This document shows, piece by piece, positions 37,588 to 47,259 of a stretch of DNA of 64,000 nt. Source of the stretch: an uncultured Bacilli bacterium (lineage in GTDB: Bacteria; Bacillota_I; Bacilli_A; RF39; UBA660); contig CALVSO010000001.1 in assembly GCA_944359055.1 (NCBI GenBank), positions 37,460-101,459 on the forward strand. The letters are read 5' to 3'. Every line of letters starts with the position of its first letter. The first letter of the stretch is position 1. The notes beneath the pieces were generated by a model, which did not search any database, was not told where the DNA came from, and saw only the letters and a list, made by a program, of their open reading frames with translations. A program made the translations under genes and the position numbers.

Positions 37588-37616
37588 GTTGACAAAAACA
37601 AAATATTTTGTTAAAA
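37588..37616 (+). promoter_or_regulatory. Sigma-A-type promoter (TTGACA-17-TAAAAT) for the T-box leader and argS
   Basis: TTGACA at 37588-37593, 17-nt spacer, TAAAAT at 37611-37616. Confidence 0.6.
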
Positions 37617-37619
37617 TTA

Positions 37620-37835
37620 AGTACATTGAAAACGAGGAAGAGAAATAGTAATAAAATCAATTATTTATAGTGAGTTATCGGTTGGTGGAAGATAATGATA
37701 ATATTTTATGAACGCGTCTTGGAGTTTTAAAGCAGATCTGCTATAAAGATTAGAGTGTATAGTCTTCTATAAAATAAGGTGGTACCGCGAATAATTCGTC
37801 CTTATGTTATAGGGGCTTTTTATTTTGAAAGGGTG
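37620..37835 (+). promoter_or_regulatory. T-box riboswitch leader upstream of argS
   Basis: Conserved T-box sequence AATAAGGTGGTACCGCG at 37774-37790, followed by a hairpin and GGGGCTTTTTATTTT. Confidence 0.7.
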
Positions 37836-37840
37836 ATTTT

Positions 37841-39499
37841 ATGTATAAAGATTATATTATTAAATTAGTTAAAGAAATTATTAAGGATAAGGAAGTTGTA
37901 GTTGAAACTCCACCTAAACCAAATATGGGTGATTATAGTGTACCATGTTTTAATTTTAGAGATGAAACTAATAAAAAACCATTAGAAATAAGCAAAATGA
38001 TTAAAGAAAATATAAAAGATGAAGAAAATATATTTTCTAAAATTGAGGTAATGGGACCTTATGTTAATTTTTATTTGAATTATGATAAAGTAAGTAATGT
38101 TATTAATGAAATTTTGAATAATAAAAACTACGGCTCTTTAAATCAAGGTCATAATGATGCGTTATTAATCGAACATACTTCAATTAATCCTAATGCTGAA
38201 CCACATATGGGAAGATGTAGAAATAGTTTGATAGGAGATTTTTTGTCTAGATTGTATCAATTCGTAGGATATAAAGTTGAAAGACATTATTTTATTAATG
38301 ATTTGGGTAAAAAAATAGCGCTATTGGTAATTGGTGTTGAAAAGTATGGTTTAAAAGATGATTCTTTTAAAAGTATTTTAGATGTTTATGTTAAAATATC
38401 TAATGATGCTAAAAACGATACAACTATTGAACAAATGGCTTTTGATTATTTAGAGTTAGTCGAAAGTGGAAATGAAGAAATGATTAATAAGTTTAAGACT
38501 ATTACTGATAAATGTGTTAATGGTCAAATGAAGATATTTGATGAATTAGATATTCATTTTGATGTTTTTACCCATGAATCTGATTATGTATATAATAATT
38601 ATTTGACTAATATTTTAAATAAATTGGCTGAAAAAGGAAAATTAAGAGTTGATGAAAATGGTAGAAATTATGTTGATTTAAGTGATTATGATATTCCTAC
38701 TAAAGAACCTGTTTTAGTATTAACTAGATCTAATAAAACATCATTATATCCAATCAAAGATATTGCTTATACAATGCACAAAATGGATTTGAATAGTAAA
38801 AATAATTATATTGTTTTAGGTGAAGACCAAGAAGTATATATGAAACAAATAGCTGCTACTTTAGATATATTAGGGTATAAAGCACCTAAATTAATTAGTT
38901 ATTCTTATGTTTTATTAGATGGAGATAAAATGAGTACTTCTAATGGTACTTTAGTATTAGTAACTGATTTTATTAAAGCGTTAAAAGATAAAATAAAATT
39001 AGAATTTAATAATAGAAATTTGGAATGTAATCAAGACACTTTAAATATTTTAACTAATGCTTGTATCAAATATACTATGTTAAATGTATCAAAAAATAAA
39101 ATAGTTAATTTTAATTTTGATAATGCTACTAGTTTTCAAGGAGAATCAGCAATCTATATTTTATATAGTATTGTAAGAATTAATTCTATTTTAAGAAACA
39201 ATAAATATAATAATGTTGAAATAAAATTAACAGATGATTTAGAATACAAAATAGTTAAAGATTTAATTGAATTTCCAAGTTTAGTAAATGATTTATTAAA
39301 AACAGCAGAACCAGTATTGTTAACTAAATATATCTTTAATTTAACGCAAAAATTCTCATCTTATTATGAAAAAATAAATATAAGTAATATAGAAGATGAA
39401 CAAATTAAATATTCTAAATTAATGTTATTAGAAGCAATTAAAATAGTTTTAACTAATGGACTTGGTATATTAGGTATAAAAACAATTGAAAAGATGTAA
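37841..39499 (+). CDS. argS: Arginyl-tRNA synthetase
   Basis: Class I ArgRS layout: HTSINPNAEPHMGRCRNSLIGDFLSRL (HIGH-equivalent region), C-terminal DALR-type anticodon-binding domain, 552 aa. Confidence 0.85.
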   Translation: MYKDYIIKLVKEIIKDKEVVVETPPKPNMGDYSVPCFNFRDETNKKPLEISKMIKENIKDEENIFSKIEVMGPYVNFYLNYDKVSNVINEILNNKNYGSLNQGHNDALLIEHTSINPNAEPHMGRCRNSLIGDFLSRLYQFVGYKVERHYFINDLGKKIALLVIGVEKYGLKDDSFKSILDVYVKISNDAKNDTTIEQMAFDYLELVESGNEEMINKFKTITDKCVNGQMKIFDELDIHFDVFTHESDYVYNNYLTNILNKLAEKGKLRVDENGRNYVDLSDYDIPTKEPVLVLTRSNKTSLYPIKDIAYTMHKMDLNSKNNYIVLGEDQEVYMKQIAATLDILGYKAPKLISYSYVLLDGDKMSTSNGTLVLVTDFIKALKDKIKLEFNNRNLECNQDTLNILTNACIKYTMLNVSKNKIVNFNFDNATSFQGESAIYILYSIVRINSILRNNKYNNVEIKLTDDLEYKIVKDLIEFPSLVNDLLKTAEPVLLTKYIFNLTQKFSSYYEKINISNIEDEQIKYSKLMLLEAIKIVLTNGLGILGIKTIEKM

Positions 39500-39519
39500 A
39501 CTCTAAATAGAGTTTTTTC
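39498..39519 (+). terminator. Rho-independent terminator after argS
   Basis: AACTCTA-aat-TAGAGTT followed by TTTTT. Confidence 0.55.
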
Positions 39520-39539
39520 TTGCTTTAAAGGAGGTAAAA

Positions 39540-40418
39540 ATGAATAAAATAAATAACTTTTATATTTATATAAGCACGATTTTAGATGTAAATGTTAAAT
39601 ATGTTAGTTTAATATTTAATACAATTTTATGTTATATTATTTTATTAATTTTGAGAAATCTTATAAAAATAATCATTAATTTAATTATAAAAAACGAAAG
39701 AAAACATTATATATATATTCAAAATATTAAAATTACATTTAACATAATTTATATAATTTTTTTGTTGTTTATATGGGAAGGCTATATTAAAAATTTAATT
39801 ACATTAATAAGTTTTTTATCAGCTGCTTTCGCTATTGCATTAAGAGATATAATATTAAATTTTTTCTGTGGAATATATATAAAAATTAAAAAAATTTTTA
39901 AAATAGAAGATAGAATTCAAATAGAAGATATTAAAGGAGATGTTACTAATATATCTTCTTTAGAATTTAGTATATTAGAAATCGATTCGAAGCAAGAAAA
40001 CGGTCAATCAACTGGTGTTATGGTTACTTTTCCTAATTCAGTTATATTTTCAAAACCTATAAAAAATTATACAAAATTATTTAAATATGTTTGGGATGAA
40101 ATGACTATAAAAGTGCCAATTGATTGTGACTTAGTAAAAGTAAAAAAAGAATTATATAGAATTATAAATAGTAATGAAATAGTAAAACTAATTCCTAAAA
40201 AGATGGAAAAACAAATAAATCATACTAATGATGACTTTAGAGTATATTATAATAAATTTGAACCAATAATTTATACAAAGGTAGTAGATAATTATATAGA
40301 ATTAACTTTAAGATACTTAATTCATCCTAAAAAAGCTAGATATGTAAATAGCGTTATATGGAATAATATTATAACCGCTTATAAAGATAAAAAAATTGAT
40401 TTATATATTAAAAATTAA
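39540..40418 (+). CDS. MscS-family small-conductance mechanosensitive channel
   Basis: Three N-terminal TM helices, then the MscS beta-domain region DIKGDVTNISSLEFSILEIDSKQENGQSTGVMVTFPNSVIFSKPIKNYT. Confidence 0.7.
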   Translation: MNKINNFYIYISTILDVNVKYVSLIFNTILCYIILLILRNLIKIIINLIIKNERKHYIYIQNIKITFNIIYIIFLLFIWEGYIKNLITLISFLSAAFAIALRDIILNFFCGIYIKIKKIFKIEDRIQIEDIKGDVTNISSLEFSILEIDSKQENGQSTGVMVTFPNSVIFSKPIKNYTKLFKYVWDEMTIKVPIDCDLVKVKKELYRIINSNEIVKLIPKKMEKQINHTNDDFRVYYNKFEPIIYTKVVDNYIELTLRYLIHPKKARYVNSVIWNNIITAYKDKKIDLYIKN

Positions 40419-40641
40419 TTTTTTTTGATATAATTAAAATGGTGGAATTATGAATATACTTGAAAATAATAATTTGCAAAAATTTATTTTGAAATCATTA
40501 AAATCAAATTATGATTTTAGTTATTTTGTAAATTATTTAAAGAAGAATTTAAGATTAGGTATGATGAAATATGTGATCAACTTATAAAAATGATTTCATC
40601 AGATGGTAATGCACCTAATTTATAATAAGGAGTGGAGTGGT

Positions 40642-41157
40642 ATGATGTATGATGATTATGTAGTTTTTGATATCGAAACTACTGGACTTAATAAAGATTT
40701 TGATAAAATAATTGAAATAGGAGCTTTAAAATATAGAAATAATATTTTAGTAAGTGAATTTAATTATTTAATTAATCCTAAGATTAAATTGCCAGAAATA
40801 ATAACAACAATAACTGGTATTAAAGATGAAGATTTAGTAAATGAGGATACTATCGATATTGTATTACCTAAATTTATTGATTTTATTGAAGATTTACCTT
40901 TGATTGCTCATAATAATGAATTTGATTTGGGATTTATTAATGTTAATTTAAATAAATTAAATATGAGCAAATTAAATAATAAAAATGTCGATACTTTATT
41001 TCTTGCTAAAAAGTATTTGCCACAAATGTATAATTATAAATTAGAAACTTTAAAAAAATATTTTAAGATTAATCAAATATCTCATCGAGCAGTGGGAGAT
41101 TGTTATACAGCAAATTATGTTTATCAAGAATGTAAGAAAAAAGCTTGTTTGAAATAA
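40642..41157 (+). CDS. DEDDh 3'-5' exonuclease (DnaQ / DNA polymerase III epsilon-like)
   Basis: Exo I VVFDIETTG, Exo II IAHNNEFDLGFI, Exo III HRAVGDCYTA. ATG at 40642 lies 4 nt after AAGGAGTGGAGTGG. The track ORF starts at 40603. Confidence 0.75.
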   Translation: MMYDDYVVFDIETTGLNKDFDKIIEIGALKYRNNILVSEFNYLINPKIKLPEIITTITGIKDEDLVNEDTIDIVLPKFIDFIEDLPLIAHNNEFDLGFINVNLNKLNMSKLNNKNVDTLFLAKKYLPQMYNYKLETLKKYFKINQISHRAVGDCYTANYVYQECKKKACLK

Positions 41158-41169
41158 AACAAGCTTTTA

Positions 41170-41460
41170 TTATTTATTATTCATGAGTCTTTCCCATTTA
41201 TCTTTAATAAATGAATTTCCATTTAAATCATTAATATAATGATCATACATTTCATAAGCCCTATTTTTTTGACATTCAGTTATTTTTTCATTATTTTCTA
41301 CTCTTGCTAAGAAATCAACCAAAAAATTTTTACATTGATTTTTTTCTAAATCAGTTATTTTTTTATAAATGGGAGTAAATATTTTATTAATATTTGTTAA
41401 AATAACTCCAACCGCTATAATTAAAGAAGAAATTTTAATAATTAAATCTATTATATCCAT
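41170..41460 (-). CDS. Small hypothetical membrane protein (single N-terminal TM)
   Basis: 96 aa with a TM helix LIIKISSLIIAVGVILTNI. No known motifs. Convergent with the exonuclease gene. Confidence 0.35.
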   Translation of the reverse strand: MDIIDLIIKISSLIIAVGVILTNINKIFTPIYKKITDLEKNQCKNFLVDFLARVENNEKITECQKNRAYEMYDHYINDLNGNSFIKDKWERLMNNK

Positions 41461-41558
41461 CTAAAATCACCTATATTAGATTATGATATATTTAATAATT
41501 CAATAATATATTTTAACTATTTTTCTTTACTTTATTATGTTTTTTTTGTATAATTAGT

Positions 41559-42269
41559 ATGGTGAAAGGTATGCAAGAAAGATTAGTTTGGTTATTGGAT
41601 AATAAATTAGATATTATAAAAAATAAAACTGTATTGATAATTGGTTTAGGGGGTGTAGGAAGTTACGCTTTAGAAACTTTAGCACGTACTTATTTTAATA
41701 AATTGATAATAGTAGATAATGATAAAATTGATGTATCTAATTTAAATCGTCAGTTAATGACTAATATAGAAAATATTGGATTATACAAGACTGATGTATG
41801 GTATGATAGAATTAAAAAAATTAATCCTAATTGCAATGTAATTAAAATAACTGAATTTATTACAAAAGATAACTTAAATTTATTATTTAAAGAAAAAGTT
41901 GATTATGTAATTGATGCATGTGATACCTTAGAAACTAAAAAAGAAATAATAAAATATTGTTTAAAAAATAAAATTAAATTTATATCATCAATGGGTATGG
42001 CTAATAGAATAGATGCTAGTAAAATAAAAATTAGTTATTTAGATAAAACCTGTTATGATCCTTTAGCTAGAAAATTAAGAAATATAATAAAAAAAGAAAA
42101 TATTAAAGGTAAAATTCCTGTTGTTTATAGCGAAGAACAACCTTTAAAAATAAACAAATTAGGTTCTATTAGTTATGTAGTAGGAACTGCTGGATTATTA
42201 TGTACAAATTATATAGTTAATGACATTTTAAAAGAGGTTAATAATGAAAGAGTTAAAAAAAATAATTAA
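41559..42269 (+). CDS. tcdA: tRNA threonylcarbamoyladenosine dehydratase (ThiF/MoeB/HesA family; TcdA/CsdL)
   Basis: VLIIGLGGVGSYALETLARTYFNKLIIVDNDKIDVSNLNRQ Rossmann/E1-like motif. About 236 aa, typical of TcdA. Confidence 0.8.
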   Translation: MVKGMQERLVWLLDNKLDIIKNKTVLIIGLGGVGSYALETLARTYFNKLIIVDNDKIDVSNLNRQLMTNIENIGLYKTDVWYDRIKKINPNCNVIKITEFITKDNLNLLFKEKVDYVIDACDTLETKKEIIKYCLKNKIKFISSMGMANRIDASKIKISYLDKTCYDPLARKLRNIIKKENIKGKIPVVYSEEQPLKINKLGSISYVVGTAGLLCTNYIVNDILKEVNNERVKKNN

Positions 42270-42744
42270 AAATTTAGATGGTAATGTATTAGGTATTGGT
42301 TTATCTGAAGATTTAATAAAAGAAATTGAAAATAATGATAAAATAATAAATTGTAATTTATTAAATCCTTACATTAAAGGAAAAAAGAAGTTTAGCTTAT
42401 TTAATAAAACAATCAAAATTAAAAAAATAAGAAAAGTTTTTAAGAAGAAGAAAATTGATTATATAATTTGTAATTATGATGAAATAAATAACCATTTTAA
42501 TACTTTTATTAAAGATAGTGTTTATATAAATAAAAAGAAAATATATTATTTTGGTAATGTTGATATTGGTTTGTTAAAATATAGATATAGTAGATATGAT
42601 ACAAATATTATAATCAAAAATAAAAATTTAATTGAAATAGATAATAGTAAAGCAAAAAATAATTTTTTTAAAGACAATTATTATCATTTAAAAGATTTTA
42701 AAGACAAATTAATTGAATTTATTGGTGATATATTAATGAATTAG
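42244..42744 (+). CDS. Hypothetical protein
   Basis: 166-aa ORF that overlaps the tcdA end by 26 nt. Lys/Asn-rich with no recognisable motifs. Confidence 0.35.
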   Translation: MKELKKIIKNLDGNVLGIGLSEDLIKEIENNDKIINCNLLNPYIKGKKKFSLFNKTIKIKKIRKVFKKKKIDYIICNYDEINNHFNTFIKDSVYINKKKIYYFGNVDIGLLKYRYSRYDTNIIIKNKNLIEIDNSKAKNNFFKDNYYHLKDFKDKLIEFIGDILMN

Positions 42745-42754
42745 GAGGATAATT

Positions 42755-43588
42755 ATGAAAAAGGGTTTTACTTTAGCAGAATTGTTAGGAGTTATAGTCA
42801 TTTTGGCTGCTTTATTATTAATTAGCATTCCTGTTGTTGATAAAATTATTAAGCAAAGCCAAGAAGATTTATATAATAAGCAAATAGATTCTATAAAACT
42901 TGCTATGAATTTATGGATTAGTGATAAATATAAATTAAATGAAGGAGAATCTATAGCTTTAACGCTTAGTCAGTTAAAAGAAGAGGGATTAGTTGAATTT
43001 GATATAACAAATCCAATTACCAAAGAATTATTTCCTAATGATATGATTTTAACTATAGAAAATAAAGAAGGTCAATTAGAATATAATGTTTCAGATGAAG
43101 GAACTAACATTGAAAATTACGAAAATATTCCACGAATATCTATAAATGGCAATGTATTAACTTATGTTGAAATAAACACCGAATATATTGAAAAGGATGT
43201 TGTTGCTACTGATAATAATGGAAATATAATAACTAGTACTAAGTCATTTGAACCACAATTAAATACATCTTTAAAAGGTACTTATTTAGAAAAATATACA
43301 GTTAATAATAATGGTCATACTAATTTTGTTTATCGCACTATTATAGTAAGAGATACTATAGGCCCTGAAATAATATTTTCTAATAATTTAGTACTTACGT
43401 ATGAGCAAGCAGAAAGTTATGATTTTGAATCTGACATAATAGTTAGAGATAATAGCGGTGATAATGTAGAAATAGTAATTGAAGATAACATTACCATTTT
43501 GCCAGGTGAATATACAGTTAAATATACAGCAAAAGATTCTTCAGGTAATGAAACAACTAAATTAAGAAAAGTAACAATAAAGGAGTAA
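42755..43588 (+). CDS. Prepilin-type N-terminal cleavage/methylation-domain protein (type IV pilin/pseudopilin-like) with two Ig-like (DUF5011-like) C-terminal domains
   Basis: Class III signal MKKG|FTLAELLGVIVILAALLLISIPVV with Glu at +5. C-terminal repeats RDTIGPEIIFS...YTAKDSSGNETTKLRKVTI resemble DUF5011 Ig-like modules. RBS TTAGGAGG. Confidence 0.6.
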   Translation: MKKGFTLAELLGVIVILAALLLISIPVVDKIIKQSQEDLYNKQIDSIKLAMNLWISDKYKLNEGESIALTLSQLKEEGLVEFDITNPITKELFPNDMILTIENKEGQLEYNVSDEGTNIENYENIPRISINGNVLTYVEINTEYIEKDVVATDNNGNIITSTKSFEPQLNTSLKGTYLEKYTVNNNGHTNFVYRTIIVRDTIGPEIIFSNNLVLTYEQAESYDFESDIIVRDNSGDNVEIVIEDNITILPGEYTVKYTAKDSSGNETTKLRKVTIKE

Positions 43589-43592
43589 CATT

Positions 43593-46520
43593 ATGTATTT
43601 AAAAGCTATAAAAGCACATGGTTTTAAATCATTTGCTGATAAAACAATTATTGAATTAGATAATAAAATAACTGGTATTGTTGGCCCTAATGGAAGCGGT
43701 AAAAGCAATGTTGTAGATGCTGTAAGATGGGTGTTAGGAGAACAATCGGTAAAATCATTAAGAGGAGATGGAAATATGATAGACGTCATATTTTCTGGTA
43801 GTAAAACAAGAAATCCTTCTAATGTAGCATCTGTTACTTTATTATTTGATAATACTGATAAATATTTACCTTTAGAATTTAATGAAGTTGCTATTAAAAG
43901 AAGAGTTTATAAAGATGGTAGTAATGAATATTTTTTAAATAATGAAAAAGTAAGACTAAAAGATATAACTAATTTGTTGTTAGATAGTGGAGTTGCTAAA
44001 GAAAGCTTTAATATAATATCTCAAGGTAAAATAGAAGAAATTTTATCTAATAAACCAGATGATAGAAGAATCATATTTGAAGAAGCTTCTGGAGTTTTGA
44101 AATATAAAAAAAGAAAAGAAGAAGCTTTAAGAAAATTAGATAAAACTCATGATAATATGAACCGTATAAATGATATTATTAATGAATTGGAAGATAGAAT
44201 AGAACCTTTAAAAGAACAAAAAGAAAAAGCAATTAAATATAAAGAATTAAATATTGAATTAGAAAACATTGAAATTGCTTTGATAAGCGAAGATATAACT
44301 AATTTAAATTTTGATTACCAAAATAATAAAAATAAAATAGAAACACTTAAATTAGAAATATCTAAATTAACTACTGATAATAGTACTCATGAAGTAAAAA
44401 TAGAAGAATATAAGAAAAAAATTATTGATATAGATAACGAAATAAAAAAATATCAAGATTATTTAATTAAACTAACTGGTGATGTTGAAAAAATAAATAG
44501 TCGTAAAGCTATTATTTTAGAAAGACAAAAATATAATGTTCAAGATAGTAAAGTTCATGAAAATTTAATATTATTAAAAGAAAAAGAATTAAAATTAACT
44601 ACTGAATTAAACAATATTAAAAATGAAAAAAGCATAATTGAAAACGAAATAATTGAATTAAGTAAAAAAATTGATGATTTAAACAATCAACTTAATAATA
44701 TAAAAGAAAATAAACAAAAATTAGATATATCTTTACAAAATAATTTAAGAAATCAAAATAATTTAAATTTGCAAATTGAATCATTAAGATATAGTATTGA
44801 TAATAATAGTAGTTTACCAACATCTGTTAAAAAAGTATTAGATAATCCAAAATTAAATGGTATTCATGATATCATTGGTAATTTATTTGATGTATCTGAA
44901 GAATATTCTTTAGCTATTTCAACTGTTTTGGGTGTTGCTTCTACTAATATTGTAGTTGATAATGAAAATTGTGCTAAAGAAGCAATTAAATATTTAAAAG
45001 AAAATAAATTAGGTCGTGCTACATTTTTTCCTTTAAATATTATTAAACCTAAAAGTATTGATATAGAAATTAATTTACCTGGTTTTATTGATATTGCTAG
45101 TAATCTAATTAAATATGATTCAAAATACTCTAATATAATATTAAATCAATTAGGTAATGTATTAGTAGTTGACAATATAGATAATGCGAATGTAATTGCG
45201 AAAGCTATAAATTATAAATATCGCATAGTTACTTTAGATGGTGAATTACTTCATGTTGGAGGTTCTTTAACCGGTGGAAATACTGTTAAAGCAAGAAATA
45301 TTATATTGGAAAAATATGAATTGGAAAATAAAATAAAAGAAGTTAAAATAATTTCTGATAACATAAGTAAAATAGAAGAAAAAATAAATGAAATAGATAA
45401 TAATTATAAAGAAATAGAAGATAAAATATATTTAATAAATAAGGAAAAATTAAATAAAGAAGTAGTGTTAGAAAATTACAAAAAAGATATAACTAATAAA
45501 ACAGAACTATTAAAAGAAACAACTTATGAAATAATGGGTAATAATAATATTTTAGATAATAAGCTGGTTGATGAAGAACAACAAGTATTAAAAGAATATT
45601 ATGAGACATTAGAAAATAAAAATAAAGTAAGTTTATATTTAAATAGTTTATTAAAGAAAAAAGATGAATTAAATAGTGAATTATCTGATTTTGAATTAAC
45701 TGTTAAAAAAGAAAATATTTTGTATAATGAGAAAAAAGAGGTATTAAATAATTTAGAAATTTCTGTTAACAGACTAGATGTTAAAATTGATAATTTGTTA
45801 AATACTTTATCAGAAAATTATTCTATTACTTATGATACAGCTATATCTAGATACAAATTAGATATGGATATCGATATAGCTAGAAATAAAGTAAATAGCT
45901 TAAAAAGACAACTTAAAGAAATTGGGAATGTTAATTTAGACTCAATAGAAGAATTTGAAGCTGTTAATGAAAGATATGAATTTTTAAATAATCAAAGAGA
46001 TGATTTAACAAAAGCTGAAAATACTTTATTAGAGATTATATCTGAAATGGATAAAGTAATGGAAAAAGAATTTGTTAAAACATTTAAAGTTATTAAAGAA
46101 AATTTTAATACTACATTTAAAGAATTATTTAAAGGCGGAACAGCCGATTTAAAATTAACTGATCCAAATAATATTTTAGAAACAGGCATTGAAATAGTAG
46201 CATCTCCTCCAGGTAAAAAACTAACAACAATTTCATTATTGTCTGGTGGTGAGAAAACATTTACTGCCATCAGTTTGTTATTTGCTATATTAAAATCTAA
46301 ACCAGTTCCATTTTGTATATTAGATGAAGTAGAAGCTGCTTTAGATGATGTTAATGTTGATTCTTTTGGTAAGTATGTTTGTGGCTTGAAAGATAAAACA
46401 CAATTTATAATTATTACCCATAAGAAAAAAACAATGGAATATGTTGATACTTTATATGGTATAACAATGCAAGAGTCTGGAGTTAGTAAATTAGTAAGTG
46501 TTAAATTAGAGGAAATTTAA
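43593..46520 (+). CDS. smc: Chromosome segregation protein SMC (short, about 975-aa form)
   Basis: N-terminal Walker A GPNGSGKSNVVDAVRWVLGEQS, long coiled coils with a central hinge (GNLFDVSEEYSLAISTVLG...), and C-terminal signature LSGGEKTFTAISLLFAI plus Walker B CILDEVEAALDD. Confidence 0.9.
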   Translation: MYLKAIKAHGFKSFADKTIIELDNKITGIVGPNGSGKSNVVDAVRWVLGEQSVKSLRGDGNMIDVIFSGSKTRNPSNVASVTLLFDNTDKYLPLEFNEVAIKRRVYKDGSNEYFLNNEKVRLKDITNLLLDSGVAKESFNIISQGKIEEILSNKPDDRRIIFEEASGVLKYKKRKEEALRKLDKTHDNMNRINDIINELEDRIEPLKEQKEKAIKYKELNIELENIEIALISEDITNLNFDYQNNKNKIETLKLEISKLTTDNSTHEVKIEEYKKKIIDIDNEIKKYQDYLIKLTGDVEKINSRKAIILERQKYNVQDSKVHENLILLKEKELKLTTELNNIKNEKSIIENEIIELSKKIDDLNNQLNNIKENKQKLDISLQNNLRNQNNLNLQIESLRYSIDNNSSLPTSVKKVLDNPKLNGIHDIIGNLFDVSEEYSLAISTVLGVASTNIVVDNENCAKEAIKYLKENKLGRATFFPLNIIKPKSIDIEINLPGFIDIASNLIKYDSKYSNIILNQLGNVLVVDNIDNANVIAKAINYKYRIVTLDGELLHVGGSLTGGNTVKARNIILEKYELENKIKEVKIISDNISKIEEKINEIDNNYKEIEDKIYLINKEKLNKEVVLENYKKDITNKTELLKETTYEIMGNNNILDNKLVDEEQQVLKEYYETLENKNKVSLYLNSLLKKKDELNSELSDFELTVKKENILYNEKKEVLNNLEISVNRLDVKIDNLLNTLSENYSITYDTAISRYKLDMDIDIARNKVNSLKRQLKEIGNVNLDSIEEFEAVNERYEFLNNQRDDLTKAENTLLEIISEMDKVMEKEFVKTFKVIKENFNTTFKELFKGGTADLKLTDPNNILETGIEIVASPPGKKLTTISLLSGGEKTFTAISLLFAILKSKPVPFCILDEVEAALDDVNVDSFGKYVCGLKDKTQFIIITHKKKTMEYVDTLYGITMQESGVSKLVSVKLEEI

Positions 46521-46522
46521 AT

Positions 46523-47182
46523 ATGGCATATATCAGTAGAATAGAAAAAAGAAGTTATCATGGTTATTCGTTTTTTATGACTTTGATAATGTTTATATTT
46601 AGTATATTAACATTTGATATTTTTAGTATTATATATAGTATGTTATATGCTTTATTTATATTTCATAATGATGCTCCATATATGGAAAAGTCTAAAATTA
46701 TAATTAGCTATAAAAATCGTCAAATTACTGCTATATTGGAAATTATAATTGTTTTGATTTATAATTATGCAATTTGTTTATATATTGATTGTGGTTATTA
46801 TTCAGCGGTTAATTTCTTTCATAGTAAAGCAATAATATTAATTTTAACTCTTATAATTTTATTTATTGTTTACTTTAAAAGTAAAAGAATGAATGATAGA
46901 AGAAAAAAAATTAATGCGAAATATTATTATATTATGTTATTTTCTTTAGTTCCTATCCTTAATTTTAATTTAACGATAAATTTTTATATAAGTTTTATTA
47001 ATATTTTAATAAATATAATATTAATAATTTTTCATAATAAAATTTCTAATTATAAATTATTATATATATATTTATTGATGTTTTTAATAAGTATTGTATC
47101 TTTTAATTTTTATAGTACAATAGTTATAGTAGATATAATAAATGAACAAAAAAAATCATTGAAAAAAGAAGTGATTAAATAA
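46523..47182 (+). CDS. Hypothetical polytopic membrane protein
   Basis: 219 aa, Ile/Leu/Phe-rich, about 6 TM helices, no motifs. Confidence 0.4.
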   Translation: MAYISRIEKRSYHGYSFFMTLIMFIFSILTFDIFSIIYSMLYALFIFHNDAPYMEKSKIIISYKNRQITAILEIIIVLIYNYAICLYIDCGYYSAVNFFHSKAIILILTLIILFIVYFKSKRMNDRRKKINAKYYYIMLFSLVPILNFNLTINFYISFINILINIILIIFHNKISNYKLLYIYLLMFLISIVSFNFYSTIVIVDIINEQKKSLKKEVIK

Positions 47183-47259
47183 AATCACTTTTTTATATTC
47201 AAAAAATGTGTTATAATGAAGAAGAGCCACTAGACTCTCAAAGGTTTGGAGGTTTTTTT

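Noticed and set aside
47183-47259. pyrG leader examined for the Bacillus-type reiterative-transcription attenuator
   Set aside because: An extended -10 (TGTGTTATAAT) is present, but the leader lacks a convincing GGGC initiation box plus terminator/antiterminator pairing that could be assigned by eye. It needs RNA-folding software to judge.
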